The notes: generated from the sequence alone by a model not told the origin. A DNA stretch of 32,000 nucleotides from Nostoc sp. PCC 7120 = FACHB-418 (GCF_000009705.1 NC_003272.1:2220001-2252000); one strand, 5' to 3'; counted from the first letter of the stretch, positions 16,028 to 26,052 are shown. A program made the numbers and translations.

Positions 16028-16286
16028 ATAACTTTTCGATGGCCTTACCCGGGTATGTATATAACGGTATCGACTACCGTCTTAGTTGTCAAGACAGTAA
16101 AACGCTTTGACGGCTATTTTGTTACTTTTGTTTACATTTGATCTTGGTTTGTTACAAAGATCATGACTAATCTAAGTGATTTAAAAGACTAAACTATTAA
16201 TTAGCTCTAAGTAGAGACAAATGACTAAAATGATCTCGCAAATCATATATATACAGATAATTCCACTTTTTAAGAAATGTGGAATT

Positions 16287-16796
16287 ATGTCTACATTGAC
16301 AGTAAAAACTCTGGAATTTATAAAATTTTTTTATACTAAATCTACTTGTATTGGTACAGTGATCGCTTTGTTGTTGATTTTGTACGGTTGTTCTGCCCCG
16401 GTTTTCAACGTTACAGATATCACATGGAGAACTTACAAAAATGTCCGCTATGGCTTTGAGTTTCCCTATCCCAGTAACTGGAATGCTTTAGCAACACCAA
16501 CAAACGCCGATGGAGTTGTTTTCGTATCACCCAAAAGCAACTCAGTAGAAATTCGAGCTTGGGCGAGTAATCAACTCATAGAATCTCCAACCTCAGAGAA
16601 ATATAACTTTCAAACAACTCAAGGGTTAACTGGAATATTAGGGATAGAAGCGAGTAATTCTGTCAGTTCGATGACGCTAACGCTGACGCAACACAAAGTT
16701 AAGTATAACTGGCAAGGACAAAGCCCCAGTCAAGAATTTCCCAATTACTATCCCCTATTTTATTACATAGCCCAGCAGTATCGGATTTCTCGGTAA
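16287..16796 (+). CDS. Hypothetical lipoprotein.
   Basis: The signal peptide has a lipobox-like LILYGC. Start uncertain (ATG at 16221, 16230 or 16287). Confidence 0.5.
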   Translation: MSTLTVKTLEFIKFFYTKSTCIGTVIALLLILYGCSAPVFNVTDITWRTYKNVRYGFEFPYPSNWNALATPTNADGVVFVSPKSNSVEIRAWASNQLIESPTSEKYNFQTTQGLTGILGIEASNSVSSMTLTLTQHKVKYNWQGQSPSQEFPNYYPLFYYIAQQYRISR

Positions 16797-16870
16797 AGGG
16801 GATTGGGGACTGGGGACTGGGGACTGGGGATTGGGGATTGGGGATAAGGGGTAATGGGGATTTTGGGTTT
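16797..16870. repeat. STRR1-type heptamer array (GGGGAYT; complement CCCCAGT) filling the whole convergent spacer.
   Basis: ggggatt ggggact ggggact ggggact ggggatt ggggatt ggggata aggggta atgggga, running from stop codon to stop codon. Confidence 0.85.
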
Positions 16871-18379
16871 TCAGATAATTAAAGGCGGAAGTTCATAATT
16901 GTGCCAGTGACGCTGATACCATTCGGCAACTAAAGGACGGACGATAAATTTCGGTTGCTCATCGCCTGTCACATCAATACGCAAACAGGAATAGGGACGG
17001 TGTTTTTGCGAACCTTGACCATTGCGACCAACGAAGAGATGCGATCGCGCCATCAATTTACCATCTTCTATTAAATCTGGGCCTTCTTGGCGCTGACGGC
17101 GTAGGCTATAGCCACTCCCACCGCAGACAAGCCAGTGTACATTCGCATCACCATGTCCGGTATCGAAGGTTTGCAGATATTCTAAACAGTGAGCATGACC
17201 GTTCAATACTAAATTTACTAGGGGACGACCTTGATTGATGTCACCTATTTCTTGCGCCACTGCATCCAATACGTCACGTAGGCGGCTGCGAATCGCCAGA
17301 GTCTGAGATTGTAGCCATTTGGTCGCCTCAGTGACATAGGGAGGATGATGGAAATAAATTACCCTTCCCCGCACTGCTGGATTATTCCACGATGCAATTA
17401 ATTTCTGCTTGAGCCAGTCTAGTTGTTCGGTGTCAGTCTGCGCTGGTTGGGAATCAGTGGTTAATTGCTTATCGATATCAACAATAATTTCCTCAATTTG
17501 AGACACATTTGAGTGCAAATCATCTAAACGTTCCGCTTCGCTGGGGTTATCTGGGTTTAATTTGGCGGAAGTTTCAATCATCTGCATCTTCTCTCGCTCT
17601 AACTCGTCCCGGCGCTTGGTTAAAGTTGCGCGATCGCTCTCGCCTTGTCTGGTTGCGGGTAAAGGCTCTGGATCGTTAAATGTATTGGAATCTAAAGCAA
17701 AAAAATCTATCCCACTGTAGCGAAAAGTGTAATAACGATTGGGAAGGCGAGTAAAATTTCCTGGTTGATAAACCAAACAACGCCCTGTGTCGGTTTTGGC
17801 GGTGTAATGTTGATCTAAATGACGGGGTAAATCTCCTGGTAGTTGTAATCCTTTGAGATAATCGAGGAAGGCTTTGGCATAAGCTTCACCTGTACCCGAA
17901 CCACGGAAACCAACATCAATATCTAAACGCGATCGCAATAAATAGCGAAGCGGCCAAGTAGAAACAGACAATAAACTTAATAAAACGGGTAACTCATAAT
18001 AATCGTGATTCCCCGGTACAGGTAGAATCGGTAACTTAAACACCATCTTGTCGTAAGCAATCTGTCGGGGATTCTCTCCCCCAACAATTAACTCACGATA
18101 GGGTTGGATAAAATTTGGCTTGTAGTATTCACTAGACCCCACCAGATAAATGACATCGCCAGTATGCAGGAGAAAACCACATTCCTGATGATGGGGTAAC
18201 ATCAATTCTGCTACTTGGCGCTGGGGATTGTGTCCCCTATGTTTCCCGGAACCACTATCACCAACTACTAAAAAAGAGAATTCCCCATCTCCCGTTTTGC
18301 CATCCTCAATTTCTAACCGAGTTTGGTCAATATTCCGTGCCAATATTAACGGGTCTTGCCATCGTACCCGTTGCTGCAT
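16871..18379 (-). CDS. Calcineurin-like metallophosphoesterase with an internal coiled-coil/acidic insertion.
   Basis: Motifs VVGDSGSG, HTGDVIY, GNHDYY, FHHPPY and NGHAH. The ATG at 18379 (MQQRVRW...) is preferred over the TTG at 18424. Confidence 0.8.
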   Translation of the reverse strand: MQQRVRWQDPLILARNIDQTRLEIEDGKTGDGEFSFLVVGDSGSGKHRGHNPQRQVAELMLPHHQECGFLLHTGDVIYLVGSSEYYKPNFIQPYRELIVGGENPRQIAYDKMVFKLPILPVPGNHDYYELPVLLSLLSVSTWPLRYLLRSRLDIDVGFRGSGTGEAYAKAFLDYLKGLQLPGDLPRHLDQHYTAKTDTGRCLVYQPGNFTRLPNRYYTFRYSGIDFFALDSNTFNDPEPLPATRQGESDRATLTKRRDELEREKMQMIETSAKLNPDNPSEAERLDDLHSNVSQIEEIIVDIDKQLTTDSQPAQTDTEQLDWLKQKLIASWNNPAVRGRVIYFHHPPYVTEATKWLQSQTLAIRSRLRDVLDAVAQEIGDINQGRPLVNLVLNGHAHCLEYLQTFDTGHGDANVHWLVCGGSGYSLRRQRQEGPDLIEDGKLMARSHLFVGRNGQGSQKHRPYSCLRIDVTGDEQPKFIVRPLVAEWYQRHWHNYELPPLII

Positions 18380-18483
18380 CTTGCGGATTTTTTTAGGTAT
18401 TGCTGGATCAGAGACTAATTTCAATACTACTTACTCCTAAATATTTAATTAAGACTTACGCAACGAGGTTGTCTGTTGAGACT

Positions 18484-18518
18484 GGGTGTAAGGGGGTAAG
18501 GGTATAGGGGGGTAAGGG
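18484..18518. repeat. Octamer tandem repeat (GGGTGTAA family), G-rich on the plus strand.
   Basis: gggtgtaa gggggtaa gggtatag gggggtaa ggg. Confidence 0.7.
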
Positions 18519-18557
18519 AAACACAACTAATAATTAAATCAAGATACTTCACGCGAT

Positions 18558-18678
18558 GTGCAACTTATTTTTGAAACCCCTCTCCAAACCTCTCCCCGAA
18601 GCGGAGAGAGGCTTTGAATCTTGCTCCCCTTCCCTCGCAGGGAAGGGGTTGGGGGTTAGGTTTGAGAGAAAGTTGCAC
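18558..18678. mobile_element. MITE-like palindromic element.
   Basis: The ends are gtgcaactt (18558-18566) and aagttgcac (18670-18678). An internal perfect hairpin ccccttccc-tcgca-gggaagggg lies at 18626-18648, and cctctcc..ggagagagg is also internal. The sequence type recurs in Nostoc genomes. Confidence 0.55.
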
Positions 18679-18708
18679 ACGGCGTTACTTCATAAATAAT
18701 GTTCTTCT

Positions 18709-18748
18709 CCTAACCCCTACACCCCTACACCCTCATACCCCTACACCC
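18709..18748. repeat. Octamer repeat of the same family in the opposite orientation (C-rich on the plus strand).
   Basis: The reverse complement reads gggtgtag gggtatga gggtgtag gggtgtag gggttagg. Confidence 0.7.
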
Positions 18749-18797
18749 AGTCATAGCAGGAGTTTCACGTTTACAAGCGTGACATTCCCCTACACCC

Positions 18798-19769
18798 CTA
18801 ATCTTCGGCTGGTTCTTTCAGTTCAATAGTCAAATTGGGTAATCCCTCCAGCTTCTCCACTAGCTCCTCTTCTGGTGCTGACGGAACAAAAATCTTTAAG
18901 GCTGCTGGTAAACATTTAATATCAACTGGTGTCTTACCCACAACCTCACCATCAATCACTACCTTTTGTGGTGGGTCTGCGGTGATTTTAAACTGTTTTG
19001 CTCGTACATAACCGATATCATCGCGCTCGGCAGCATTTCCTGAAGAAGCAGACTGAAACAAATGATAAGTAGCAGCGATCGCTCCAGCTTTGCTATTAGG
19101 CGCTACGATTGTCAAATCTAGTAAGCCATCATCATAAATAATGCCAGCCGGCCCCTGAGCTAAAACGGAAGTAGGAGGCGCAGCATTAGCCACTGTGACG
19201 GCTGAGGCGTTAGTTTTGATGATTTTGTCTTCGGTTTCGATTTCTACATCGAAACTCTCTAATTCTCTCAACTCTTGAAAGCCAGCCATGATATACGCCA
19301 TAATCCCAAAGCGTTTCTTTGATTCCCTGTCAGCTCTTTCCACAGTTTCCGCTTCAAAACCAATACCTACCAACAAAATCATCGGCAGGTCATTACAATA
19401 GGCTACATCTACATTGCGAGTTACTCCCTGCAAAATTGTCCGACAAGCGGCATCAATTGTATCAGGGATTCCTAATGCAACCGCAAAAGCATTGGCTGTA
19501 CCTCGTGAAATAATTCCCAAGGGAATATCAGTCCCAGCCACAGCCACAGCCGCAGCAGATAATGTACCATCTCCCCCTGAAGCAATAATTGTCTCTACTC
19601 CCCGTTCTACAGCTTCCTGCGCCAGTTTATCTGCGCCGATTTCCTCTGTTGTCAGGTAAATATCCAGATCCATTTCTGGTTCTAGGATGGCTCGAATTGC
19701 TGCTAAATCAACTTCTGGATCACCCTGACCAGCAACTGGGTTAAAAATAAGACAAGCAGAACGATTCAT
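18798..19769 (-). CDS. Diacylglycerol kinase catalytic-domain lipid kinase (YegS/BmrU family).
   Basis: ACLIFNPVAGQG and IIASGGDGTLSAAA are family motifs. Confidence 0.8.
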   Translation of the reverse strand: MNRSACLIFNPVAGQGDPEVDLAAIRAILEPEMDLDIYLTTEEIGADKLAQEAVERGVETIIASGGDGTLSAAAVAVAGTDIPLGIISRGTANAFAVALGIPDTIDAACRTILQGVTRNVDVAYCNDLPMILLVGIGFEAETVERADRESKKRFGIMAYIMAGFQELRELESFDVEIETEDKIIKTNASAVTVANAAPPTSVLAQGPAGIIYDDGLLDLTIVAPNSKAGAIAATYHLFQSASSGNAAERDDIGYVRAKQFKITADPPQKVVIDGEVVGKTPVDIKCLPAALKIFVPSAPEEELVEKLEGLPNLTIELKEPAED

Positions 19770-20018
19770 ATTAAATAGAAGATCAGTTGCGATGGCACTG
19801 CACCCAGCGTATCTATTCGCTGAAGCTCCAACTTATTCCTAGCATTTTTGGGCAATTATCACTTCCCTCTTGCGGTAGGTTAACGTTTTTTATCTGACAC
19901 TTTGCCCGTAAAACTCTAGTTTGAGAATGTAGGGGTATAAGGGTGTAAGGTGCTTCCAGGCAAAAAATTATGCCCTAATATATTTCTCTCCCTCCTGTCC
20001 CCTGTCCTTTTATTCATC

Positions 20019-20411
20019 ATGAAACTACTCATCCCCATTCTCGCTTGCAGTACTTTGCTTTTTTCCACTGCGGCGAGTGCCAAGCCAATGCTTTTGGTTC
20101 AAAACATCAATTGCGACAATGCTCAAACTCAACTCGAAATTAATCAATGTTCAACACAGTCCTATCAAAATGCTGATAAAAAATTAAACCAAGCCTACAA
20201 ACAACTTTTACCAAAGTTACAACGTTCTAGAAAACAAAAGTTAATTGCTGCACAGCAGGCGTGGATTAAGTTTCGTGATAGTAGCTGTGAGTTTGAATCC
20301 AGTCAGTATGAAGGGGGAAGTATTGCCCCTAGTGTTTATTTGAATTGCTTAGAAAAGCTGACACAACAGCGTACTCAAGAATTACAAGAATATCTGCAAC
20401 CAGACCTATAA
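20019..20411 (+). CDS. DUF1311 (LprI-like) secreted protein.
   Basis: Signal peptide MKLLIPILACSTLLFSTAASA, then CDNAQTQLEINQC...LNQAYKQLL...QQAWIKFRDSSCEF. The ATG at 20019 is preferred over the GTG at 19950. Confidence 0.7.
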   Translation: MKLLIPILACSTLLFSTAASAKPMLLVQNINCDNAQTQLEINQCSTQSYQNADKKLNQAYKQLLPKLQRSRKQKLIAAQQAWIKFRDSSCEFESSQYEGGSIAPSVYLNCLEKLTQQRTQELQEYLQPDL

Positions 20412-20624
20412 CAACTCCACTGATAAAGGGGTAGGGTATTAAACCAGAGCAAAAGCAACTGACAATAGAAATCAGAAAATGTTGAGTAATTCTAAATAAT
20501 GTAAAAGAGTGTAAAGAAAGGCCAAAATAAACTTAATTTGCATCAGGGGAAACCAATCAGGGAGTCACCCACTGCGGTAGTCTAGATGAGAGTGAAATTA
20601 TCGCCTGGTTTGACATATTGTTTT

Positions 20625-21596
20625 ATGACTTCAGTTGTTTCCAGTGCTAGACGCACAATCCGTATAGGTTCTCGTAAAAGTCAACTCGCTCTAGTTCAGA
20701 CATACTGGGTTAGAGAGCAATTACAAAACAGTTTCCCTGATATCAATTTTGAAGTCCACACCATGTCTACCCAAGGCGACAAAATCCTTGATGTAGCATT
20801 AGCCAAAATCGGCGATAAAGGACTATTCACCAAAGAACTGGAAGTGGGAATGATCAATGAGGAGATTGATTTTGCTGTCCATTCCCTGAAAGATTTGCCG
20901 ACTAACTTACCGGAAGGGTTAGCACTAGCCGCGATTACAGAACGGGAAAACCCGGCAGATGCGCTAGTAGTGCATGAAAATTTTAAGGATAAGCAAATTG
21001 ATACCTTACCAGCCGGCGCGGTAATTGGGACATCTTCTTTACGACGCTTGGCGCAGTTACGCAACCAATTTCCCCACTTGACATTTAAAGATGTACGGGG
21101 AAATTTGAATACACGGTTAGCTAAACTAGATGCAGGTGAGTATGACGGTCTAATTTTAGCGGCTGCTGGGTTACAGCGCTTAGGTATGGGCGATCGCGTC
21201 CACCAAATCCTCCCCAAAGAAATCTCTCTCCACGCTGTCGGACAAGGCGCTTTAGGGATTGAATGCCGTGCCGATGATGCGGAATTAATCACCGTACTCA
21301 AAGCCATTGAACACCCCGAAACACGCGATCGCTGTCTGGCTGAACGCTCTTTTTTACGCAGTTTAGAAGGCGGTTGTCAAGTACCCATCGGTGTAAATAC
21401 AGAAATCAATGGTAATGAATTAATCCTCACAGGTGTAGTTGCTAGTGTAGACGGTCAAAACTTGGTGAAAGACACTGTTTCTGGTAATGCTAGTGATGCC
21501 GAAGCGATCGGTATAAGATTAGCAGAACTCCTCCGTGAACAAGGAGCGCAAGAGATTTTAAATACAATCTTTGCAGAGATCCAACGTGGTTCTTAA
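20625..21596 (+). CDS. hemC: Hydroxymethylbilane synthase (porphobilinogen deaminase).
   Basis: [30 protein letters not shown] and the C-terminal GGCQVPIG cofactor cysteine. Confidence 0.9.
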   Translation: MTSVVSSARRTIRIGSRKSQLALVQTYWVREQLQNSFPDINFEVHTMSTQGDKILDVALAKIGDKGLFTKELEVGMINEEIDFAVHSLKDLPTNLPEGLALAAITERENPADALVVHENFKDKQIDTLPAGAVIGTSSLRRLAQLRNQFPHLTFKDVRGNLNTRLAKLDAGEYDGLILAAAGLQRLGMGDRVHQILPKEISLHAVGQGALGIECRADDAELITVLKAIEHPETRDRCLAERSFLRSLEGGCQVPIGVNTEINGNELILTGVVASVDGQNLVKDTVSGNASDAEAIGIRLAELLREQGAQEILNTIFAEIQRGS

Positions 21597-21630
21597 TCGA
21601 TTGGTCAACTATATATGTTTAGATAAGTAA

Positions 21631-21686
21631 TCAGTAGTCAGTGAACAGTGAACAATTAAGAACTGATAACTGATACTGATAACTGT
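21631..21686. repeat. Heptamer tandem repeats (CAGTGAA and ACTGATA types).
   Basis: tcagtag tcagtga acagtga acaatta agaactg ataactg atactg ataactg. Confidence 0.7.
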
Positions 21687-21716
21687 ATAGGCAGAATCAG
21701 GGAAACAAAAAATACC

Positions 21717-23135
21717 ATGCGGATTCTATTTGTGGCAGCAGAAGCAGCACCCATTGCAAAAGTAGGAGGGATGGGTGATGTTGTCGGTGCATTACCTAAG
21801 GTCTTGAGAAAAATGGGGCATGATGTACGTATCTTCTTGCCCTATTACGGCTTTTTGCCAGACAAAATGGAGATTCCCAAAGATCCAATATGGAAGGGAT
21901 ACGCCATGTTTCAGGACTTTACAGTTCACGAAGCAGTTCTGCCTGGTACTGATGTTCCCTTGTATTTATTTGGACATCCAGCCTTTACCCCCCGGCGGAT
22001 TTATTCGGGAGATGATGAAGACTGGCGCTTCACCTTGTTTTCCAATGGTGCGGCTGAGTTTTGCTGGAATTACTGGAAACCCGACATTATTCACTGTCAT
22101 GATTGGCACACGGGCATGATTCCTGTGTGGATGAACCAATCACCAGATATCACCACAGTCTTCACTATCCACAATCTGGCTTACCAAGGGCCTTGGCGTT
22201 GGTATTTAGATAAAATTACTTGGTGTCCTTGGTATATGCAGGGACACAACACAATGGCGGCGGCTGTCCAGTTTGCGGACAGGGTAAATACAGTTTCTCC
22301 CACATACGCCGAGCAAATCAAGACCCCGGCTTACGGTGAGAAAATAGAAGGTTTGCTGTCTTTCATCAGTGGTAAATTATCTGGGATTGTTAACGGTATA
22401 GATACGGAAGTTTACGACCCAGCTAATGATAAATATATTGCTCAAACGTTCACTGCCGATACTTTAGATAAACGCAAAGCCAACAAAATTGCTTTACAAG
22501 AAGAAGTAGGATTAGAAGTTAACAGCAATGCCTTTTTAATTGGCATGGTGACAAGGTTAGTCGAGCAGAAGGGCTTAGATTTAGTCATCCAAATGCTCGA
22601 TCGCTTTATGGCTTATACTGATGCTCAGTTCGTCTTGTTGGGAACAGGCGATCGCTACTACGAAACCCAAATGTGGCAATTAGCATCCCGCTACCCCGGT
22701 CGTATGGCTACTTACCTCCTGTATAACGATGCCCTATCTCGCCGCATCTACGCTGGTACTGATGCCTTTTTGATGCCCAGTCGCTTTGAACCATGCGGTA
22801 TTAGTCAAATGATGGCTTTACGCTACGGTTCCATTCCCATCGTCCGCCGCACTGGAGGCTTGGTTGACACCGTATCCCACCACGACCCCATCAACGAAGC
22901 AGGTACAGGCTACTGCTTCGACCGCTACGAACCCCTCGACTTATTTACCTGCATGATTCGCGCCTGGGAAGGCTTCCGCTACAAACCACAATGGCAAGAA
23001 CTACAAAAACGCGGTATGAGTCAAGACTTCAGCTGGTACAAATCCGCTAAGGAATACGACAAACTCTATCGCTCAATGTACGGTTTGCCAGACCCAGAAG
23101 AGACACAGCCGGAGTTAATTCTGACAAATCAGTAG
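21717..23135 (+). CDS. glgA: Glycogen (starch) synthase.
   Basis: [25 protein letters not shown]-terminus, plus the C-terminal [12 protein letters not shown]...GGLVDTV GT5 motifs. Confidence 0.9.
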   Translation: MRILFVAAEAAPIAKVGGMGDVVGALPKVLRKMGHDVRIFLPYYGFLPDKMEIPKDPIWKGYAMFQDFTVHEAVLPGTDVPLYLFGHPAFTPRRIYSGDDEDWRFTLFSNGAAEFCWNYWKPDIIHCHDWHTGMIPVWMNQSPDITTVFTIHNLAYQGPWRWYLDKITWCPWYMQGHNTMAAAVQFADRVNTVSPTYAEQIKTPAYGEKIEGLLSFISGKLSGIVNGIDTEVYDPANDKYIAQTFTADTLDKRKANKIALQEEVGLEVNSNAFLIGMVTRLVEQKGLDLVIQMLDRFMAYTDAQFVLLGTGDRYYETQMWQLASRYPGRMATYLLYNDALSRRIYAGTDAFLMPSRFEPCGISQMMALRYGSIPIVRRTGGLVDTVSHHDPINEAGTGYCFDRYEPLDLFTCMIRAWEGFRYKPQWQELQKRGMSQDFSWYKSAKEYDKLYRSMYGLPDPEETQPELILTNQ

Positions 23136-23141
23136 TTTTGG

Positions 23142-23237
23142 GGGTGTGAGGGTGTGAGGGTGTGAGGGTGTAAGGGTGTAAGGGTGTGAGGGTGTGAGGG
23201 TGTGAAGGTTTTTAATCCCTAAACCCCTAAACCCCTC
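23142..23237. repeat. Octamer array GGGTGTRA x8 (23142-23205) followed by CCCCTAAA units (23217-23237).
   Basis: Read directly. The period-8 units fill the glgA/acsF convergent spacer. Confidence 0.8.
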
Positions 23238-24314
23238 TTAAAGAACCGTCCCCCGTGTTGCTTCCGTATCAATTGGTTTAATCAGGAAAAGCCGCAGCAT
23301 ATTCCAGAAAATCGCCGTGGCGGGTGGTATTCTCTGGAAGAATTTTACGAAATTGGGCAGTTTGCTGTTTTTAATTGCTGCTAGTTTGAAATTATTTTCC
23401 CAACACTGTTCTAACCGCCAGAAAAATAACGGGTGATTAGTATTCAAGATGAGGGGGAATGCTCTGGCTGAGGTGTTATTTGTCTCTTGAATGACTCTGT
23501 TGTTGTATTTTCTGGGATGAATCCCAATGGATTCGTAAAATGATGCCCGTTCAAATACAGTCATGGTATGAGTAACAAACACAGTCAACAGAAAAAACCG
23601 CACCCACAACCGTGCTTTCCAATTTTTCCATAGTTGAGGTTGCGATCGCAGCAATGCCTTAAAGAAATCACCATGTCGGTTTTCATCCTGACACCAGCTT
23701 TCAAACTTGCGGAATAAGGGATAAAACTGGTATTCGGGATGTTCCTGCATATGTTGATGCACCAAAATATAGCGCCAGTAACCAATTTTCTCCGATAGGT
23801 AGACTGTATAAATCACCCACTCTGGTGGAAAAAAGGTATATGTACGATTTTTGGTTAAATAATTTAAATCTAGGGAAAGGTTTAAATCCGACATGGATTT
23901 ATTCAAAAATCCTGCATGGCGAGCCTCATCCCGCGCCATAAATTCAAAAGCTTCCGCTAATAGAGGATTACGGGACTTAATGCGGCGTGATAATTCCTTA
24001 AATAACAAAAATCCCGAAAACTCGGAGGTGCAAGAACGCTCCAAAAAGTCAATAAAGGCGCGGCGCTTCTCTCCAGTAATATGATCCCAGGATTGTTTAA
24101 ATTCCTCATCACGCACAAAATGATGGCGGTTGTAGTCAGCACGTAGTTCTTCTACAATTGCGCGAATCTCAGTCTCATTGGCGGAAATATCTAAATTCGC
24201 CACCGCATCGAAGTCAGTAGTATAAAACCGAGGTGTTAATAATGTTTCCTGTACAGGTGCTTTAACACCTGGCTTCAGCGTTTGAGGCTCTGGAGTTGTC
24301 AGCGAATTAACCAT
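23238..24314 (-). CDS. acsF: Aerobic Mg-protoporphyrin IX monomethyl ester oxidative cyclase.
   Basis: LLTPRFYTTDFD, EFSGFLLFKEL, DEARHAGFLN and DENRHGDFF are the di-iron AcsF/Ycf59 signature. Confidence 0.9.
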   Translation of the reverse strand: MVNSLTTPEPQTLKPGVKAPVQETLLTPRFYTTDFDAVANLDISANETEIRAIVEELRADYNRHHFVRDEEFKQSWDHITGEKRRAFIDFLERSCTSEFSGFLLFKELSRRIKSRNPLLAEAFEFMARDEARHAGFLNKSMSDLNLSLDLNYLTKNRTYTFFPPEWVIYTVYLSEKIGYWRYILVHQHMQEHPEYQFYPLFRKFESWCQDENRHGDFFKALLRSQPQLWKNWKARLWVRFFLLTVFVTHTMTVFERASFYESIGIHPRKYNNRVIQETNNTSARAFPLILNTNHPLFFWRLEQCWENNFKLAAIKNSKLPNFVKFFQRIPPATAIFWNMLRLFLIKPIDTEATRGTVL

Positions 24315-24532
24315 GAGACTCCTTTACATAGCTAAATATCTCTACAGTTATATAAGCATATATGAATGTCAAGCGCATCAGTTTAATTTTTGAAAACAAA
24401 AGCAACATTGAATAGTAGGGAAACAAGAATTAAGCTAGTGCGCGTCTAAATAGCATAGCTACTAATAAGGGTTGTTAACTGCTAACTGTTAACAGTTAAC
24501 CAATGGATTGTGCAACTTAAAAACAGAATAGG

Positions 24533-25177
24533 TTATTTGTCCGTATAACCGCCTGCATAGGTAATCACACATATTTGTCTGTAACTGGCGTGAATCCCAA
24601 AGGCTACTCCTGTAATGTTAAACGCAGGGTTAAATATATTGGTGCGATGACCGCGCGACGGTACGCCATCATCAATAATTAACTGCATAATAATATCTTG
24701 GGCGGTGTTGGAACCGTAGCTAATGTTTTCGCCTGCGGTAACTAGCCAATTACCGTAGCGGTTAAGTCTAGTGAAAGGATCGCTGCAATCGCTGCCATAA
24801 TGTCCTGTAGCACCTGTTTTACCCTGGTCTTGGACGTGATCTCTTGCAGCCAAAGACATACCCGCAGATATGCTTAATGTTCCCACAGGATGGGCTGACT
24901 TGAGAAAAGCGATCGCCTCATCTACTGCTTTTACTCCTTCCTGAGTTTGCAAATAAACGTAATCAGCCAACTTAACTTTGTTCCCCTGAAAGCGCTGGCG
25001 GTAACTTTGCAAAATTGGTAAGTATGCTTGGGGATTTGTCCGTACTTTGTTCATTTCCTCTACCACTCGTTGTTCTAGGGGTGATAGAGTAGACTTTGGT
25101 AATGATATTTCCAGACTGTTTTGTGATGCTTGGGGAACAGACTTCCAAAATTGCAATTTATTCTTCAGTGATTTCAT
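24533..25177 (-). CDS. CAP/SCP/PR-1-like domain protein (paralog 1).
   Basis: [12 protein letters not shown]... and ...[28 protein letters not shown] resemble the bacterial CAP (YkwD-like) C-terminal motif. Confidence 0.65.
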   Translation of the reverse strand: MKSLKNKLQFWKSVPQASQNSLEISLPKSTLSPLEQRVVEEMNKVRTNPQAYLPILQSYRQRFQGNKVKLADYVYLQTQEGVKAVDEAIAFLKSAHPVGTLSISAGMSLAARDHVQDQGKTGATGHYGSDCSDPFTRLNRYGNWLVTAGENISYGSNTAQDIIMQLIIDDGVPSRGHRTNIFNPAFNITGVAFGIHASYRQICVITYAGGYTDK

Positions 25178-25350
25178 AACTGGGGAGCTAATAAGATATA
25201 CTTAGCTCCACAATATGAATAAAATTTTTCGCAAAGTCTCTAGTTTCTATTCCCTTATCGAAACAATGAGGTTTAAAACCTCGCCTTTAAAGGCGAAAGG
25301 TTTTGTCGCGGGGTTAAAATCCTGTGAGAAAACGTAATTGCGAATTGGTT

Positions 25351-26052
25351 TTATTTCTCCAAAAACCCGCCTGCATAAGTAATTACACATATTGTCCTGT
25401 AAACTTTGTGATTACCGTAAGCAACACCCGCGACCTTAAAAGCACCGTTAAAAATATTAGTACGATGACCGCGTGATGGTACGCCATCATCAATAATCAA
25501 TTGCATGACAATATCTTGAGCAGTATTTGGGCCGTAGCTGATATTCTCCGCAGCCGTGGTTTGCCATTTTCCATAGCGATTAATGCGAGTGAAGGGGGTG
25601 CTACCGTCGCTACCATCATGACCAGTTACACCTTTTGGGCCTTGGTCTTTCGTGTGGTCTCTAGCACCTAAAGACATTCCCTTAGATGCTCTTAATTTTC
25701 CCACAGGACGGGCTGACTTGAGAAAAGCGATCGCCTCATTTACCGCCTTGACTCCTTCTTGGGTAACAAGATAGGTATTACTAGAAATTCTCACCCGATT
25801 ACCTTGGAAACGTTTTTTATAATTTTCTATGATAGGTACATATGATCTAGGATTTGTCCGCACTTTGTTCATTTCTTCAATCACCTGCTGTTCTAATGGT
25901 GAAAGATAACTTGCTGCTAACAGAGTTGGACTATTTGTTGGGACTATAGGCAAAGTAGATGGTGTCAAAAAGGGATTATAGGTTAACGCTGGGTAAGCAA
26001 CAATGGTTACTAAGCTAGTCAAAATAGATATGCAAAACTGCTGATGAAGCAT
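25351..26052 (-). CDS. CAP/SCP/PR-1-like domain protein (paralog 2), with a signal peptide.
   Basis: Collinear with the downstream paralog ([12 protein letters not shown]...[28 protein letters not shown]). ATG at 26052. Confidence 0.65.
   Translation of the reverse strand: MLHQQFCISILTSLVTIVAYPALTYNPFLTPSTLPIVPTNSPTLLAASYLSPLEQQVIEEMNKVRTNPRSYVPIIENYKKRFQGNRVRISSNTYLVTQEGVKAVNEAIAFLKSARPVGKLRASKGMSLGARDHTKDQGPKGVTGHDGSDGSTPFTRINRYGKWQTTAAENISYGPNTAQDIVMQLIIDDGVPSRGHRTNIFNGAFKVAGVAYGNHKVYRTICVITYAGGFLEK

Noticed and set aside
18614-18829. A 71-aa ORF (MNLAPLPSQGRGWGLGL...).
   Set aside because: It is a read-through of the MITE-like hairpin element and the octamer repeats. Such ORFs are routinely mis-called in Nostoc genomes.
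20696-21307. A 203-aa minus-strand ORF inside hemC.
   Set aside because: It is antisense to an unambiguous hemC reading frame, and its translation is low-complexity (Ser/Pro/Ala/Arg) with no recognisable motifs.
16797-23237. Tandem repeat arrays (16797-16870, 18484-18748, 21631-21686, 23142-23237) considered as CRISPR arrays.
   Set aside because: The units are 7-8 nt and directly abut one another with no spacers. No 25-40 nt repeat with unique spacers and no cas genes were seen anywhere in the window.
23217-23237. CCCTAAA/CCCCTAAA units that resemble the complement of plant-type telomere repeats (TTTAGGG).
   Set aside because: There are only 2-3 units with period 8, inside a bacterial intergenic spacer next to related octamer repeats. 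The resemblance is coincidental.
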